Source: Camelus dromedarius
Taxonomy: Eukaryota
Direction: 5' to 3'
DNA length: 64,000 bases
Assembly: GCF_036321535.1 (NCBI RefSeq)
Contig: NC_087437.1
Location: 29,576,001-29,640,000, forward strand
Shown: positions 62,902-64,000 of the stretch, piece by piece
Layout of the letters: every line of letters starts with the position of its first letter
Position numbering within the stretch: the stretch's first letter is position 1
Notes under the pieces: generated by a model
The model's input: the letters and a program-made list of their open reading frames with translations, nothing else
Told to the model about the DNA's origin: nothing
Database searches by the model: none
Program-made: the position numbers and the translations under genes

Positions 62902-63474
62902 AAAAAGCTAGCTTCCCCCTGAAGTAAATCTCTGCATTCAGACTGTATCTCGTTTGTGACACTAGCGCTCTGATATCCTTAGCTGAACTTGAAGTGTTCT
63001 GTTTGTCATGCATTTCCCTTTGCTTGTCAGTCAGCTGAAACCATCCAACGTGAATGACGTCTTTCCATTGAGTCCAGTGTGTTGCCAGGCACACAGTGGG
63101 ATACAGGCTAAGCTGGAGGAGGCTGAATTATGTATCAGACTCCTCAGTCTGTGGACTTTTAGATAAAGTGTATTTGCCAGGAGAGCTCTATGTTCTGTCA
63201 CTTATTTGTTCCTGCCGGAATCGAGGTGGGTGCCCCACACTGCAGGCTGCAAAATAACAGATGAGGCTGTGTTGGTCACTGTGGAAACCAGACTTCTGAG
63301 ATGAAAGAACCTCTTGGCACTGCTGTGTGAGCACACTTCAGTAGCATGCAATCTCTGCCTTATCGAAGTCTGATTTCTCCCAATTACTTAAAGATCTCCA
63401 ACTATAAAATGTCAATTTTCCAAGGCGCTGGTCTGGATACTTTTAAAGGATGTCTAACAAAGCTTTGAACAACT

Positions 63475-63952
63475 TGTGGTAGGTGGAATGATGGACTTCT
63501 GAAGATGGTGTAACTTCTGGAACCTGTGACTGTATCACCTCACATGGCGAATTACAGTCGAAGATGCAAGTAGGATTGCTAATTAGCTGACCTTAAAGCA
63601 GAGAACTTATTCTGGATTATATGGGTGGGCCCAATGTAATGACAAGTGTCCTTAAATGTTGGAGGGCGGGAAGCAGAAGAAAAATCAGAGTGATGTGATG
63701 GGAGAAGGACTCAATTCATGGCGATGGAGGAGGAAGGCCACCAGCCTTGGAATGTGGGTGATGTCTAGAAGTTAGAAAGGGCAAGGAAATGGAGTCTCCC
63801 CTAGAGCCTCCAGGAGAAACACAGCCCTGCCAGTACCTTATTTTAGCCCAGTCAGACTTCCAGACTACAGAACTGTAAGAGAAGAAATTTGTGTTGTTTT
63901 CAGCCACTGAGTTTGTGGTCATGTGTTTCAGCCAAAGTAGGAAACTAATACA
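63475..63952 (+). mobile_element. MaLR solo LTR, MLT1D-like
   Basis: tgtggtagg...ctggattatatgggtgggcccaatgtaat...tctcccctagagcctccag...taggaaactaataca. Confidence 0.9.
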
Positions 63953-64000
63953 CCTATGAGAGATATTAGTGAATACTTGAAGACCTATGGTTTTGTGAAT

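Noticed and set aside
1..64000. CRISPR array, operon, or prokaryotic defence or mobile system
   Set aside because: The sequence is mammalian and repeat-dominated; there are no regularly spaced direct repeats with unique spacers and no long ORFs

Overview
AT-rich, CpG-depleted mammalian genomic DNA, most likely camelid (alpaca or camel). The taxon call rests on a tRNA-derived Vic-1-type SINE, artiodactyl-type L1 3' ends and a Tigger2a_Art-like MITE; I saw no Alu, Bov-A/BovB or PRE-1. Roughly half the window is decayed interspersed repeat: L1MC/L1ME, HAL1, L2, CR1/L3, MIR, MaLR/ERVL/ERV1 LTRs, and hAT and Tigger MITEs. Almost all listed ORFs are chance frames in repeats. I found no prokaryotic-type system, CRISPR array, rRNA or true tRNA. 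The main non-repeat signal, missed by the ORF track, is a candidate spliced minus-strand gene: exons 5157-5078 and 4900-4791 (probably also 9628-9462) join in frame to encode a 57-73 aa protein that I do not recognise. Other points of interest are an APOA4-like coding fragment inside an LTR50-like LTR, a chimeric MLT2/MLT1A provirus, a plus-strand exon cluster near 15 kb, and several insertions with intact target-site duplications (TSDs). Repeat family names come from recalled consensus sequences, not a search; boundaries without TSDs are approximate.
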